Assembly (NCBI GenBank): GCA_963707865.1
Contig: OY970175.1
Location: forward strand, 300,352-364,351
Origin: an uncultured bacterium
GTDB lineage: Bacteria > Patescibacteriota > Minisyncoccia > UBA6257 > 2-01-FULL-56-20
DNA: 64,000 bases
Direction: 5' to 3'
Shown: piece after piece, positions 47,978 to 57,556 of the stretch
How positions within the stretch are numbered: the first letter of the stretch is position 1
Layout: each line of letters starts with the position of its first letter
Translations under genes and position numbers: made by a program
Notes under the pieces: generated by a model
The model's database searches: none
Told to the model about the DNA's origin: nothing
Seen by the model: only the letters and a program-made list of their open reading frames with translations

Positions 47978-48978
47978 TGTTTCATGTCCGCACATTTGTC
48001 CCCTCGATAGCTTGAAGATATTCAACCGGCGTCTTTCCCGCAAGGGCAAGATGAGGACAGACCGTGTTGTACCAGGCGCAGTACGCGGCCTGTTTTTGTT
48101 TCGCTTCGGCCACCGTGCGGAATGATATCTTGTTCCAGAACCGTTCGCGGTCATTGCGATGCGACCGCTCCACCTTGCCGTTCTGCGCAGGATGCCCCGG
48201 GGCGATGAGATAGTGCGTCATTTTTTGTTTTTCACAAGTAACATCAAAAGGATGCAACCGCGGCTTCAGGGGATCTGCTGACTTCGGATATCCCACGTAC
48301 CGGTTCGTGAAGATTGATCCGTTATCGGTCTTCACCGCACGGATGCGGAAGGGTGCCGTAGCAATGACTTTCTCGAGAAACAAGATCGCGGTCCGCGTGG
48401 ATTGTTCTTGGGTCACCCAGAGATGCCGCCACCGCGTGCAGCAATCAATCGCGGTGAACTGGTAGAGCCATTGCCCCTTGAATCTCCGCACATAAACGAC
48501 ATCAATCTCGATGATCTCTCCGGGAAACGTGGCGGTCGGTTTCCACTTTGCTTTGGGCACCAACCGTTTTTTGGTTCTTGAGAGCCCCTCACGTTTCAGG
48601 ACTTTGGCAATACCCCGCACGGAGAGCTTCAGGCCCTCGCGGGCGAGGAGATACATGAGGACATCAGGACCCAGATCCGTTGCTGTTCGCAACGATCTGA
48701 TCCGATTCACGATGGTCTGTGAGAATTGTTTCGGATGCGTGTGCGGCCTGCGCGAGTGCGACACGAGCGCATCGATCCCGCCCCTGCGATATGCCGCCAC
48801 CCACCGCTTGAGCGTGCGATATGAAAACGGCGCGTGGGCAGCAATGTCCTTGATACTCATCTCTTTCTCAAGATGCGGGGTGATCCACCGCATCCGTTCC
48901 TCTGCTGCGTCTTTTGCGAGTGTTTGTGGCATATTCCCCAGCTTACACTTCAAGGGGCCATATGTATGTGCAGAGTAC
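47978..48978 (-). mobile_element. IS481-family insertion sequence
   Basis: TGT terminus at 47978, degenerate ~25-bp IR, CTTGC direct repeats at 47973-77 and 48979-83. Confidence 0.75.
47982..48932 (-). CDS. IS481-family DDE transposase
   Basis: HTH, SRRPH.HP, PGE...IDV, YQFTAID.CTR, TDNGS.F, P.QNGKVERSHR. Confidence 0.92.
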   Translation of the reverse strand: MPQTLAKDAAEERMRWITPHLEKEMSIKDIAAHAPFSYRTLKRWVAAYRRGGIDALVSHSRRPHTHPKQFSQTIVNRIRSLRTATDLGPDVLMYLLAREGLKLSVRGIAKVLKREGLSRTKKRLVPKAKWKPTATFPGEIIEIDVVYVRRFKGQWLYQFTAIDCCTRWRHLWVTQEQSTRTAILFLEKVIATAPFRIRAVKTDNGSIFTNRYVGYPKSADPLKPRLHPFDVTCEKQKMTHYLIAPGHPAQNGKVERSHRNDRERFWNKISFRTVAEAKQKQAAYCAWYNTVCPHLALAGKTPVEYLQAIEGTNVRT

Positions 48979-48987
48979 CTTGCACCA

Positions 48988-49016
48988 TTGACAAATATAT
49001 CTATGCATGGTAATAT
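48988..49016 (+). promoter_or_regulatory. Near-consensus sigma70 promoter
   Basis: TTGACA-N17-TAATAT. Confidence 0.65.
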
Positions 49017-49236
49017 GTATCCAGCAATGTTGACCCGCCAGACCCCCTCAATTTTCCCTCATTGTCCCGCGCCGTCGTTCTAATTCAAAAGGGAATCCGG
49101 GAGAAAGCGCCTTTGAATAATGAGAACCAAGAACGTCCTGCCTACCGAGTCCGTGTAAGGTTACCCTGATTCGGTCGGCGGGGCGTTAGAGCGTACCTAC
49201 CCGCCATTGTGGCGATATCTCGCCCGGAGAAAAGAG

Positions 49237-49686
49237 ATGAAACAAATTGCTTGGTGTCATATTCGCGGCGGCAACGGTTCGTTTGCCGCTGGAGTCGCAG
49301 CAATGAAGAAGAGCTGCGAGGCCGCTGCTCGGGCAATCGAGATGGCGGTCCGGGAATGGTCGGATAAGGTAGCCCTCCTGAATGTCTCGCATGATCCCAC
49401 AGGGCGTGCGGCACAGGATTGGGACGAAGAGCTGAAACTCGGTTTGGCACTGCACCTGCAGGCATCCCACGGCTGGATCGCTGGTGCGAAGCAGAAGTGC
49501 AAAATCACCGCCGGTGAAATGGAATACACCACCGGTTCCGGCCTCACCTTCGGTTGGTCTCGCTGGGAAATGGATCCCGGTTACAGTTTCTTCGTCGTTC
49601 ACCCCTCGGGACAGTTCCCCCAGGAATCCACCCTCCGCGCTTCTCTTGAGGCCGGTGAATGGAGGATTGAAACCTACAAGAACTAA
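49237..49686 (+). CDS. Hypothetical protein
   Basis: GGAG-like RBS, upstream promoter and downstream terminator. Confidence 0.55.
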   Translation: MKQIAWCHIRGGNGSFAAGVAAMKKSCEAAARAIEMAVREWSDKVALLNVSHDPTGRAAQDWDEELKLGLALHLQASHGWIAGAKQKCKITAGEMEYTTGSGLTFGWSRWEMDPGYSFFVVHPSGQFPQESTLRASLEAGEWRIETYKN

Positions 49687-49692
49687 GCAGTA

Positions 49693-49736
49693 CGGCCCAC
49701 ATCGCGAAAACGAAAGCATGTGGGCCGAATCTTTTC
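49693..49736 (+). terminator. Intrinsic terminator
   Basis: CGGCCCACAT...ATGTGGGCCG followed by AATCTTTT. Confidence 0.55.
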
Positions 49737-49760
49737 TATCAAGAGCTGACTGGGATATAT

Positions 49761-49985
49761 CTAACTTGTACTCTTTTTCCCCGTCCTAAACCATACGAAT
49801 ATGAACAACGCCACGCCCACAATGAGCGCCCCCAAACCGTGTTTGAAATGGACCGAACTCAACGCCGGATTATATCCGGGCAGATACGACGGCAGCATGT
49901 TCGCCGGCGTCATCCAATAGAAGACCGCCAACCCGACGAAGAGCAGGCCCACCGCGACCGCAAGCATGTTCAATGTTTTATTCAT
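49761..49985 (-). CDS. Small 2-TM membrane protein
   Basis: Y...PA..LPS.LPG........H.KHG; ATGA overlap with dedA. Confidence 0.7.
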   Translation of the reverse strand: MNKTLNMLAVAVGLLFVGLAVFYWMTPANMLPSYLPGYNPALSSVHFKHGLGALIVGVALFIFVWFRTGKKSTS

Positions 49986-50587
49986 GTGTTCATTGTACTA
50001 TATTTTCTCATGATTCGGCGATAAATCCGAATAAGGACAAACATAACGATGGCGACCGCAACCATTGCCGCGAACAAGCTCAGGATATTGGAAAAGTCGC
50101 TCCAATAGCTTCCGACCGCATAGCCGAGGGTCAGCGCGCCGAACGGCTCAATAAAGTTTCCCAAAAAATCGTAGATAAGAAAAATAAGGAAGGGCACCCC
50201 GACGAGGCCCGCGAGAAAATTCGCGATTGGGCTCAACGACCCCGCAAACCGAGTAGTGAACACCGTGACGGCTGCATCCGTGCGCAACTCTTCCTTCACA
50301 TACTCAAAGAAGCGGACTTTGTGCAGCCGCAGCACCCGGATGACCGCATCACCGTAATGCCGCGTGAGCGCGTAACCCGTGAGATCACCCAACGTGTTCG
50401 CGACGACCGCAACCGCAAGCGAAAACCAAAAACTGAAATAGCCCTGGCTGGCGAACGCGCCCACGGCGAGCAACATGCTGTTCGCGGGCCACGGGACGAT
50501 GAGCGCGGCGGAGTAGACGATCAAAAAAAGCGCGGTGTATTTATATACCAGGACGTATGACAAAAGCGGGCCGAGGAGCGCTTCCAT
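49982..50587 (-). CDS. DedA/VTT-domain membrane protein
   Basis: P.P....LL..GA, LGD..GY..R.YG, F.TRF, N..AG......F. Confidence 0.85.
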   Translation of the reverse strand: MEALLGPLLSYVLVYKYTALFLIVYSAALIVPWPANSMLLAVGAFASQGYFSFWFSLAVAVVANTLGDLTGYALTRHYGDAVIRVLRLHKVRFFEYVKEELRTDAAVTVFTTRFAGSLSPIANFLAGLVGVPFLIFLIYDFLGNFIEPFGALTLGYAVGSYWSDFSNILSLFAAMVAVAIVMFVLIRIYRRIMRKYSTMNT

Positions 50588-50594
50588 CGTTCGT

Positions 50595-51008
50595 TTATTG
50601 CGTGACCAGATACGCGCGCACTGCGGTTTCCACCTGCCTCAAAAACACGTTGGGATCTACATGCCCGCTCTGTGCGTAACCGCCAAGGGAAAGTTGTGGA
50701 TAACGAGGGTCCGCGATGGACAAGTGGGTCTTCAAATAATCGGCAGGGAGATTGAAAGTCTTGTTGATATAATCAAACGTCATCCAGGGGCGGATGAGGC
50801 CTGCCTCGTTCGCCGTCAAAGGACCGTGACGCTTAATGAGAGACGTTATGAAGAATTCGCGTGCGTTTATAACTTGGGCCCGCCGCAACGCGCGGTACTG
50901 CATCACCGCAAAGACAATCAAAACCAAAAGAATAACGCCCAAAATGATGAGGGTGTATTGTACTCTGCGGGCGAACTGGCGATTCCGATGATTGGGTTCA
51001 GCTGGCAT
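50595..51008 (-). CDS. Hypothetical single-TM protein
   Basis: TM helix then IRPWMTFDYIN..F.LP..YL...L.I.D.RYP. Confidence 0.65.
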   Translation of the reverse strand: MPAEPNHRNRQFARRVQYTLIILGVILLVLIVFAVMQYRALRRAQVINAREFFITSLIKRHGPLTANEAGLIRPWMTFDYINKTFNLPADYLKTHLSIADPRYPQLSLGGYAQSGHVDPNVFLRQVETAVRAYLVTQ

Positions 51009-51244
51009 GAAAGTTTCCCGGGGTGACAATGCGAAGGATGCTGCTGCGCGCGATCTGGAGCACGTTCGCATTCACAAAATTACCAAACATGGTGCTCGCG
51101 ATGGCGACACCGAATGCGCCCGCGATGTTCCGCACGAGGGCGAGCACCGCCGACGCCTCCCCTATCTCTTCCTTCGGTACGACGACCGCAATCAGATTGG
51201 TGCACCGCGGCATGCCGAAACCCAGCCCAAACGCCATGATAGAT
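50998..51244 (-). pseudogene. Diverged partial duplicate of the DHA2 MFS C-terminal region
   Basis: AFGLGFGMPRCTNLIAVVVPKEEIGEASAVLALVRNIAGAFGVAI vs AFGLGFGMSQRTNLVAVVVPHEEIGEASAILALVRNISGAFGVAI in 51248-52726. Confidence 0.75.
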
Positions 51245-51247
51245 GGG

Positions 51248-52726
51248 TTAGTCCACCATAACCACATGCCCGTGCACGGTGGTTTCCTTCGGAACATTAA
51301 TGAGAAACGCCGCGAAAGAGCCGATCATAATAACGATGGCGGCTACTTCAAATACGAATGCATAACCGGCCACCTGCGCCTTCAGGATGATAAGCCCGAT
51401 GAATTGTTGCAACGCCTGCGGCGTCATCGCCCGCACTGTGCTGTTCTGCGCTATCGTAAGCACATTCGCATTAATGGTGTTCGTTAAAAGCGTACTGAAG
51501 ATCGCCACGCCAAAAGCGCCAGAAATATTCCGCACGAGCGCGAGAATAGCCGATGCTTCGCCGATTTCTTCGTGCGGCACGACGACCGCAACGAGATTCG
51601 TCCGCTGTGACATGCCGAAGCCCAGGCCGAATGCCAAGATGGACATCGGGATAGAGATCTGAAGCGCCGTGGAGCGCGGGTCAATGCCCGCGAGCATGAG
51701 CATGGCGAGACCCGCAACGAACGTGCTCGCAAAGATCACGTATGACGGCTTCACTTTGCCGACAAGGCGGCCGCCGATGGGCGCGGCGATCATCATGGCG
51801 ATTGCAAGCGGGATGAAAAGATATCCCGTTTGCGTCGCATTATAACCGAGGAATGTTTCCGCAAAAATCGGAATAAGGAATATCGCGCCGATGAGTCCCA
51901 TGAAAACGATGAAGTTGTTGGCGAGCGTATTCACGAACGTGCCGATCTTGAAGAATTTGAGGTCCACGATCGGCTCTGACTCGCGCTGTTCTATCCTGAT
52001 GAAAATGATAGTGAAGGCAACGGTTGCGACATAACAAAGAATGCTTGCCGCCGATGCCCAGCCCCACGTCGTGCCCTGGTCCAGTACGAGGGTCAACGCG
52101 GAGAGCGCGCTCGCAAGCGTAATGGATCCCCACCAATCAAATTTTACGGTTCGCTTCTCCCCTACCGATTCATCAATGAATTTGATCGCAAGGAAAAGGC
52201 CGACGAGCCCGAGTGGAATATTAATGAAGAACACCGCGCGCCAATTGAAGTTATCAATGAGCGGTCCGCCGATCAAGGGGCCAAAGACGGATGCCACGGC
52301 AAACGCCGCGGACCAAATTCCCAGGGCCTGCGCGCGCTCCTTCATATCCCTGAAAGTGATCGCGATGATCGCCATCGCCGTCGGATAATCGGCGGAAACG
52401 GCGAACCCCTGGATGACGCGAAAAACGATCATTGAACTCAAACTCCAGGCGACGGCACACAAAGCAGAGGCGGCGATGAAACCGATGAAGCCGATAAGGT
52501 ATATCTTTTTCCGTCCGGCGGTATCGCCGAGCTTCCCCCATACGGGTACAAAGACCGCGTTCGCCAGAATGTAGGCGGTGGAGATCCACGCCGCATCGCT
52601 CACGGAGATGCTAAAGTCGCCGATAATCTTCGGAAGAGCGAGGTTCACGACCGTCTGATCAAGACGGCCAAGGAACGTGCCGAAGATGACGGTACCGAGG
52701 ACCCACCAGCGCCACTTATCGCTCAT
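51248..52726 (-). CDS. DHA2 (EmrB/QacA) family MFS efflux permease
   Basis: LD.TVVN.ALP.I, W..TAY.LA, G.L.D..GRK, GP.IGG, WR.VF.IN.PLG; 14 TM. Confidence 0.92.
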   Translation of the reverse strand: MSDKWRWWVLGTVIFGTFLGRLDQTVVNLALPKIIGDFSISVSDAAWISTAYILANAVFVPVWGKLGDTAGRKKIYLIGFIGFIAASALCAVAWSLSSMIVFRVIQGFAVSADYPTAMAIIAITFRDMKERAQALGIWSAAFAVASVFGPLIGGPLIDNFNWRAVFFINIPLGLVGLFLAIKFIDESVGEKRTVKFDWWGSITLASALSALTLVLDQGTTWGWASAASILCYVATVAFTIIFIRIEQRESEPIVDLKFFKIGTFVNTLANNFIVFMGLIGAIFLIPIFAETFLGYNATQTGYLFIPLAIAMMIAAPIGGRLVGKVKPSYVIFASTFVAGLAMLMLAGIDPRSTALQISIPMSILAFGLGFGMSQRTNLVAVVVPHEEIGEASAILALVRNISGAFGVAIFSTLLTNTINANVLTIAQNSTVRAMTPQALQQFIGLIILKAQVAGYAFVFEVAAIVIMIGSFAAFLINVPKETTVHGHVVMVD

Positions 52727-53340
52727 TGTTGATAGATCCAAATGCGCGCCGACATACCATTCTTCAACTCCGGATATTTGGCAGGATCAAAACGTACGTA
52801 CACGTCAAATTCGTTCGTTGGCCGTTGGGCGGAAATATTGAAGACGACGTCGCCCGCCCGCGACGTGGGACTTACTTCATCCACAATGCCCTGGTATTGC
52901 TTTGAACCGAAGGTGTCCACGGTGAACGCGGCCGGGTCGCCCACGTGCACATTGGCAAGCCCTTTATTCTCGTCCAAATGGCCGACCACGCGAAGCTGAG
53001 TCGGATCCACCATTGTAGCAACGATGGCCTGCCCCGTAAAAGAATTCTCAAATTCCCCGATATTTTGGTTCACGGAAACGATCTGCCCGTTCGTCTTCGC
53101 CTTCACGATCTCGTTGCCCACTTGCGCAACGGGCTCGTCGGTCGTCACGGTATCCCCCGCCTTCACAAAAACGGCCGTGAGAGCGCCCGAATTTTCGGGT
53201 GATAGATTGATGAGCGGCGCTTGGATGGTTGATTGATCAATATACACGCTTTGCGAGGACACGTACCAATAAAGCCCGCCGCCTAAACCACCCACAACGA
53301 CGACCGCCACCGCGATTATAATGATCGTTCGATTGCGCAT
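52723..53340 (-). CDS. EmrA/HlyD-like adaptor (short)
   Basis: N-terminal TM, lipoyl half-motif V..GD.V, L..GMSA; coupled to the emrB-like gene. Confidence 0.8.
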   Translation of the reverse strand: MRNRTIIIIAVAVVVVGGLGGGLYWYVSSQSVYIDQSTIQAPLINLSPENSGALTAVFVKAGDTVTTDEPVAQVGNEIVKAKTNGQIVSVNQNIGEFENSFTGQAIVATMVDPTQLRVVGHLDENKGLANVHVGDPAAFTVDTFGSKQYQGIVDEVSPTSRAGDVVFNISAQRPTNEFDVYVRFDPAKYPELKNGMSARIWIYQQ

Positions 53341-53342
53341 AG

Positions 53343-54836
53343 TTAAAAATTGACGAGCGTCTCGTCGGCATTTATGCCGGAAACGATCTCCGTCATGCCG
53401 TCATTGCCCGCGAGGCCGACCTGGACCTCACGTTTTTCGGTTGCATCGCCGGTCTTCACCAATATGTAGTCATTATTCCCGTCATTCACAACGAGCCGCG
53501 ACGGAACCTCAATAACATTATCGTGCTCCGCGGTGATAATGTGGACGCTTCCCGTCATGCCGTCTTTTATGCGATCGTCGGGAGCCGTGAAATGCAAAGT
53601 GATCTTATACGCCGCCGAGCCGTTCACCATGGTCTCCGCGGAATCTATCGTCGTCACGGTCGCCTTGAAGGTGGTCCCGGTGCCATATGCATCAAGCGTC
53701 ACATTCGCCGCATCGCCATCTTTCACCTTCGCAATATCCGCTTCGGAAACGTAGACCGCTATCTTCAATCCGCTGTTGTTCGTGAGCGAGAGCATGGGAA
53801 CGCCGGGCGAAACCACTTGTCCGACCTTCGCGCTCAAATTCCGCACAACGCCGGCGAACGGCGCAACAAGCGCCGCATGGTCCACCGCGACCTGCGCACT
53901 CGTGACCTGGGCCTGCGCCTGCGCAAGCGTTGCCTTCTGCGCTTCTACGTCTTGTGGCGTCGCACCCGCCACGGCAAGCGCAAGTTGTCCCTGGGCTGAT
54001 TGCAGTGCCGATTCCGCGCCGGTCAGCGTCGTTATCGCCACACCGACCTCCGTCCTGGCCACCACAATATTCGCCTTATATCCCAAGAGCGTTGCGGCAG
54101 GCAGTGTTGAATTTGACGTTATATCGTTCAACGCGAGCGCAACCATGTCAAGATATGATTTGATCTCGCGAAGGGCGGCGTCCGCGATCGGTGAAAGAGA
54201 AGCCGGATCCGAGCTTGTCGCGACGGACGCCGCATACCAATTATTGAGCGTCGCCCCGATGACCAAGCGTTCACTCTGGATATTGATCTGCAGTTGCGAA
54301 TTGGATTGGAAAACCAAAAATACCGGATTCGTGTTCACGGAACTCTGGAACAGATTGTCGGTCTGATTATGTATGGCATCGTCCGCAGCCGAATATGCGG
54401 TTCCGATATCGGCGCTAAGCGACGCCATGGCGTTCGCAACAGCCGTCTGGTTTATCGCCAATTGTTCCGGCCGCGTGCCGCTCGTAAGCTCGTCCAGCTT
54501 TGCCTGTGCCGCCGCAAGGCCGGCAGTGGCCTGCTGCAATCCGGCATGGAGCGACGACGCGTCAAGCAAAGCAAGCACGGTTCCCGCCGAAACGGTTTCG
54601 CCTTCGCTCACCCTCACCGCCGCGATCTGCCCGCCTTCCTGGAAAGAAAGATCCACATCGTTTTCCGCAAGTATATTTCCGGATTCATCAAGTGAGGCAA
54701 CCACGTTCCCGCGCGTCGCGGTAGTGACGCCAAACGACGGCGGCTGGTTCGTCGCGATATACCACCATACGCCGCCAACGCAAACCAAAAGGATGGTGAC
54801 AATGGCAACGATCCTGACAAACGGTTTTTTAAGCAT
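53343..54836 (-). CDS. Efflux periplasmic adaptor subunit (HlyD/MacA-like)
   Basis: LSF..GG.I..V.V.EG..V..G..LA.LD, coiled coil, L.APF.GVV, EI.SG. Confidence 0.85.
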   Translation of the reverse strand: MLKKPFVRIVAIVTILLVCVGGVWWYIATNQPPSFGVTTATRGNVVASLDESGNILAENDVDLSFQEGGQIAAVRVSEGETVSAGTVLALLDASSLHAGLQQATAGLAAAQAKLDELTSGTRPEQLAINQTAVANAMASLSADIGTAYSAADDAIHNQTDNLFQSSVNTNPVFLVFQSNSQLQINIQSERLVIGATLNNWYAASVATSSDPASLSPIADAALREIKSYLDMVALALNDITSNSTLPAATLLGYKANIVVARTEVGVAITTLTGAESALQSAQGQLALAVAGATPQDVEAQKATLAQAQAQVTSAQVAVDHAALVAPFAGVVRNLSAKVGQVVSPGVPMLSLTNNSGLKIAVYVSEADIAKVKDGDAANVTLDAYGTGTTFKATVTTIDSAETMVNGSAAYKITLHFTAPDDRIKDGMTGSVHIITAEHDNVIEVPSRLVVNDGNNDYILVKTGDATEKREVQVGLAGNDGMTEIVSGINADETLVNF

Positions 54837-54856
54837 TGTTAGGTTGCTTAACTATT
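54837..54856. promoter_or_regulatory. Putative MarR operator upstream of the efflux operon
   Basis: TGTTAGGTTGCTTAACTATT, an imperfect palindrome similar to 57487-57507. Confidence 0.55.
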
Positions 54857-54970
54857 CTAGCAGAGTGGCCGAAAAAAGCAACCCATGGCTGGCGGGGGCG
54901 GTATACACCCCGAGAACAAAGAGGGGTCCGTTGCCAATTGTCGAGATAGGTTTTATACTTTCCATACCGA

Positions 54971-55384
54971 ATGACGGAAGAACAAGAACGGCAAGCGAAG
55001 CGGGTGAGGCGGGCGACGTGGATTTTCATTGCGATCGCCGCCGCGTTCTCCGTTTTCCTCTACCTTAAAAACCTGCCGCCACCGAACGGCGCGTATGATG
55101 CGTTCGCGAAATGCATCGCGAGCACCACGACGAAGTTCTACGGCGCGTTTTGGTGCTCTCACTGCGCGGATCAAAAGCGCGAGTTCGGAGACGCCGCCCA
55201 ATATCTCCCCTATGTGGAATGTTCAACGCCGGATGCCGCGGGAGAAACAAGTATATGCAAAGACGCCGGCGTCACGGAATATCCGACGTGGCACTTCCCC
55301 GACGGCTCTAGCTCCACGGGCCTTCAATCGCTCACGGTACTTTCCCAAAAAACCAGCTGTCCCCTGTCCACGCCCACGCCGTAG
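54971..55384 (+). CDS. Membrane-anchored thioredoxin-fold oxidoreductase
   Basis: FYGAFWCSHC..QK..FG, YVEC, YPTW. Confidence 0.85.
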   Translation: MTEEQERQAKRVRRATWIFIAIAAAFSVFLYLKNLPPPNGAYDAFAKCIASTTTKFYGAFWCSHCADQKREFGDAAQYLPYVECSTPDAAGETSICKDAGVTEYPTWHFPDGSSSTGLQSLTVLSQKTSCPLSTPTP

Positions 55385-55408
55385 GACATATGTAATATAA
55401 TTCCATCT

Positions 55409-55966
55409 ATGGCCCCATTTGCTCAGCACGTCACGGATATTCTTTCGTTCCTCACGCTCCTCGCCGACATCTTTGCCGCGGCACTTTTTCTTCTGCTCAT
55501 AACCCCGCTCAAGCGGCATGGTTGGGGCAGAACACTCGCCGACTTCTTCGGCGAGCGGGCAATTTTCCTTTCGTTCCTCGTGGCCTTCGCTGCCACCTTC
55601 GGCAGCTTGTTCTATTCGCAAGTAGTGGGATTCCCGCCGTGCGATCTCTGTTGGTGGCAGCGCATCTTCCTCTATCCGCAAGCGATCCTCCTTTTCACCG
55701 CCTTCATCAAAAAAGATGAGAATATGCGCCTGCACTCCATCGTCCTTTCGAGCGTTGGCGCCCTGATCGCACTCTATCAGACATTCATACAATTTGGGGG
55801 AACGTCGCTCGTTCCCTGCTCCGTTACCGGTCCGAGCTGCACCGTTTTATATTTCCTGGAGTATGGCTACATCACCATCCCCACGATGTCCCTGACCGCG
55901 TTTGTGTTACTACTCCTATTCATGGCGGCGCCGAATCCCAAAAAGAAGGAAGTGAACGAGCTGTAA
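55409..55966 (+). CDS. dsbB: Disulfide bond formation protein DsbB/BdbC
   Basis: GSLFYS.....PCDLCWWQRIFLYP, second Cys pair PC......C, ITIP.MSL. Confidence 0.88.
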   Translation: MAPFAQHVTDILSFLTLLADIFAAALFLLLITPLKRHGWGRTLADFFGERAIFLSFLVAFAATFGSLFYSQVVGFPPCDLCWWQRIFLYPQAILLFTAFIKKDENMRLHSIVLSSVGALIALYQTFIQFGGTSLVPCSVTGPSCTVLYFLEYGYITIPTMSLTAFVLLLLFMAAPNPKKKEVNEL

Positions 55967-55974
55967 CGCTTGGC

Positions 55975-57075
55975 TTATCGCAGCGTTATACAAACAATTT
56001 CCGATTTCGTCCCAAGCCGCAAGGGCGGTCCCCACGTGCCTGCGCCGCTTGAGGTGTACACCCGCATACCGTCCAGGCGCGTGAGGCCATAATCAAAACC
56101 GCGGTATATATGTCGAGTAAAAAAATTCATCGGGAATATCTGGCCGTGGTGGGTGTGGCCGGACAACACGAGTGAAACTCCCGCGTCGCGCGCGACCGTA
56201 AGATGGCTCGGCTCGTGCTTGATTAAAACAACGGGCTCCCCTTCGGGGATGCCCATACGCTGCAATATGCGCGCAAAATCGTTTTCGCGATAGACCGCCT
56301 TATTATCTACGCCCACAATCGTAAGCCCATGAAGATCGGCAACTTCGTTATTCAATATACAGATGCCGAGGCCTCGTATCGCCGCAAGCGCTTCCGCCAA
56401 GTCCGGCAAAAAATACTCGTGATTGCCCGTCACAAAGTAAACGCCCTTCGGCGGACGGAGCGAGCGCAGCGGTTCAATGAGCGCCGCGGCATCGCACGAT
56501 GTGCCGTCATAAAGATCGCCGCCGATCACAATGGCTTCCGGATGTAATGCGCGTATCTTCTCCACAACCTCCCGCGCGAATGCCTGCCGCCGCACACTAC
56601 CCAAGTGAAGATCGCTCACAAACACGATGGCCTTCCCATGCCATGACGCAGGAAGATGCGGGAGTGCAACGTCCACAAACGTTGTTTCCACTCTGCCGCT
56701 TTTCCACGTCCTATAGCAGTGCAAAAGAAAAAGCGCCCCGAAAGCGATGCCACCGAGGAACGGCGGCGGCACATAAATGTTCGCACGATACAACACGTTC
56801 GCGGCAATGAAGAACAAAATGGCGCCCACAAAGAGAAAATGGATAAGGCCGAACCAATATGCGGCGGCGGTATAAAACCAATCAATCACGCGACCACGGT
56901 ACCAGTGAACCAAAAGGGATGAAGAAAGAAACGTAAACGCCAACACGGTAAAAACTATTTTGAACGCCGTCCCGCCTATGCCGAACACCGCAGCCAGGGT
57001 CGCGTACACCACAAGATGGACGAACAGCAAAAGAACTTGAAATGCGGCCAACGCGAGGACGGCTGCAAACGGCAT
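55975..57075 (-). CDS. Membrane-anchored metallophosphoesterase
   Basis: SDLHLG, GDL.DG, GNHE, HEP, SGHTH.GQ, GPP.RLGT.SEI. Confidence 0.92.
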   Translation of the reverse strand: MPFAAVLALAAFQVLLLFVHLVVYATLAAVFGIGGTAFKIVFTVLAFTFLSSSLLVHWYRGRVIDWFYTAAAYWFGLIHFLFVGAILFFIAANVLYRANIYVPPPFLGGIAFGALFLLHCYRTWKSGRVETTFVDVALPHLPASWHGKAIVFVSDLHLGSVRRQAFAREVVEKIRALHPEAIVIGGDLYDGTSCDAAALIEPLRSLRPPKGVYFVTGNHEYFLPDLAEALAAIRGLGICILNNEVADLHGLTIVGVDNKAVYRENDFARILQRMGIPEGEPVVLIKHEPSHLTVARDAGVSLVLSGHTHHGQIFPMNFFTRHIYRGFDYGLTRLDGMRVYTSSGAGTWGPPLRLGTKSEIVCITLR

Positions 57076-57077
57076 AG

Positions 57078-57482
57078 CTACAAATTTTCCCTCGCTATTT
57101 TTTCCAGGATGGCGACGAACGTCGCGCGCTCCTTCGGCGTGAGCACCGCAAACATCTTTTTCAGTTGCACCGCTTTCTTACGGATGCCTTGCGTAAGAAA
57201 TGCCTTGCCGCGAGCGGTAAGCGTGACGTGCACCGCGCGCCGGTCTTTTTTATCAAACGACCGCGCAAGCAACTTGTCTTTTATAAGTCCGTCAATGAGA
57301 AGTGTCGCCGCCGGCGGCGTCACGCAAAGATAGCACGCGACGTCGTGCATGAAGGGACGGCCCTCTTCTTGCACGTAGCGAAGCGTGTGGAAATGCAGCA
57401 TGGAATACGCACGGCGTTCGTCCCGCAGGCGGCGGCCGATGCAGAAAAGCAGGGAAAGGATCTTAACATTTCTGGAAGGCAT
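57078..57482 (-). CDS. MarR family transcriptional regulator
   Basis: A..L.VT....T..ID.L....L..R..D..DRR...V.LT.RG. Confidence 0.9.
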   Translation of the reverse strand: MPSRNVKILSLLFCIGRRLRDERRAYSMLHFHTLRYVQEEGRPFMHDVACYLCVTPPAATLLIDGLIKDKLLARSFDKKDRRAVHVTLTARGKAFLTQGIRKKAVQLKKMFAVLTPKERATFVAILEKIARENL

Positions 57483-57486
57483 AGAT

Positions 57487-57507
57487 AATTAGGTTACTTA
57501 ACTATTA
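57487..57507. promoter_or_regulatory. Putative MarR autoregulatory operator
   Basis: AATTAGGTTTACTTAACTATT between the minus-strand TATAAT and the marR ATG. Confidence 0.55.
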
Positions 57508-57556
57508 TACGGCCCGTGGGCAAAGGATGTCAAGGAGCTAAGGAGGCGCTCGCGGT

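Noticed and set aside
28468-50703. Replication origin suggested by DnaA boxes
   Set aside because: Boxes are single and far apart (one is inside a CDS at ~50695), with no cluster or dnaA/dnaN nearby
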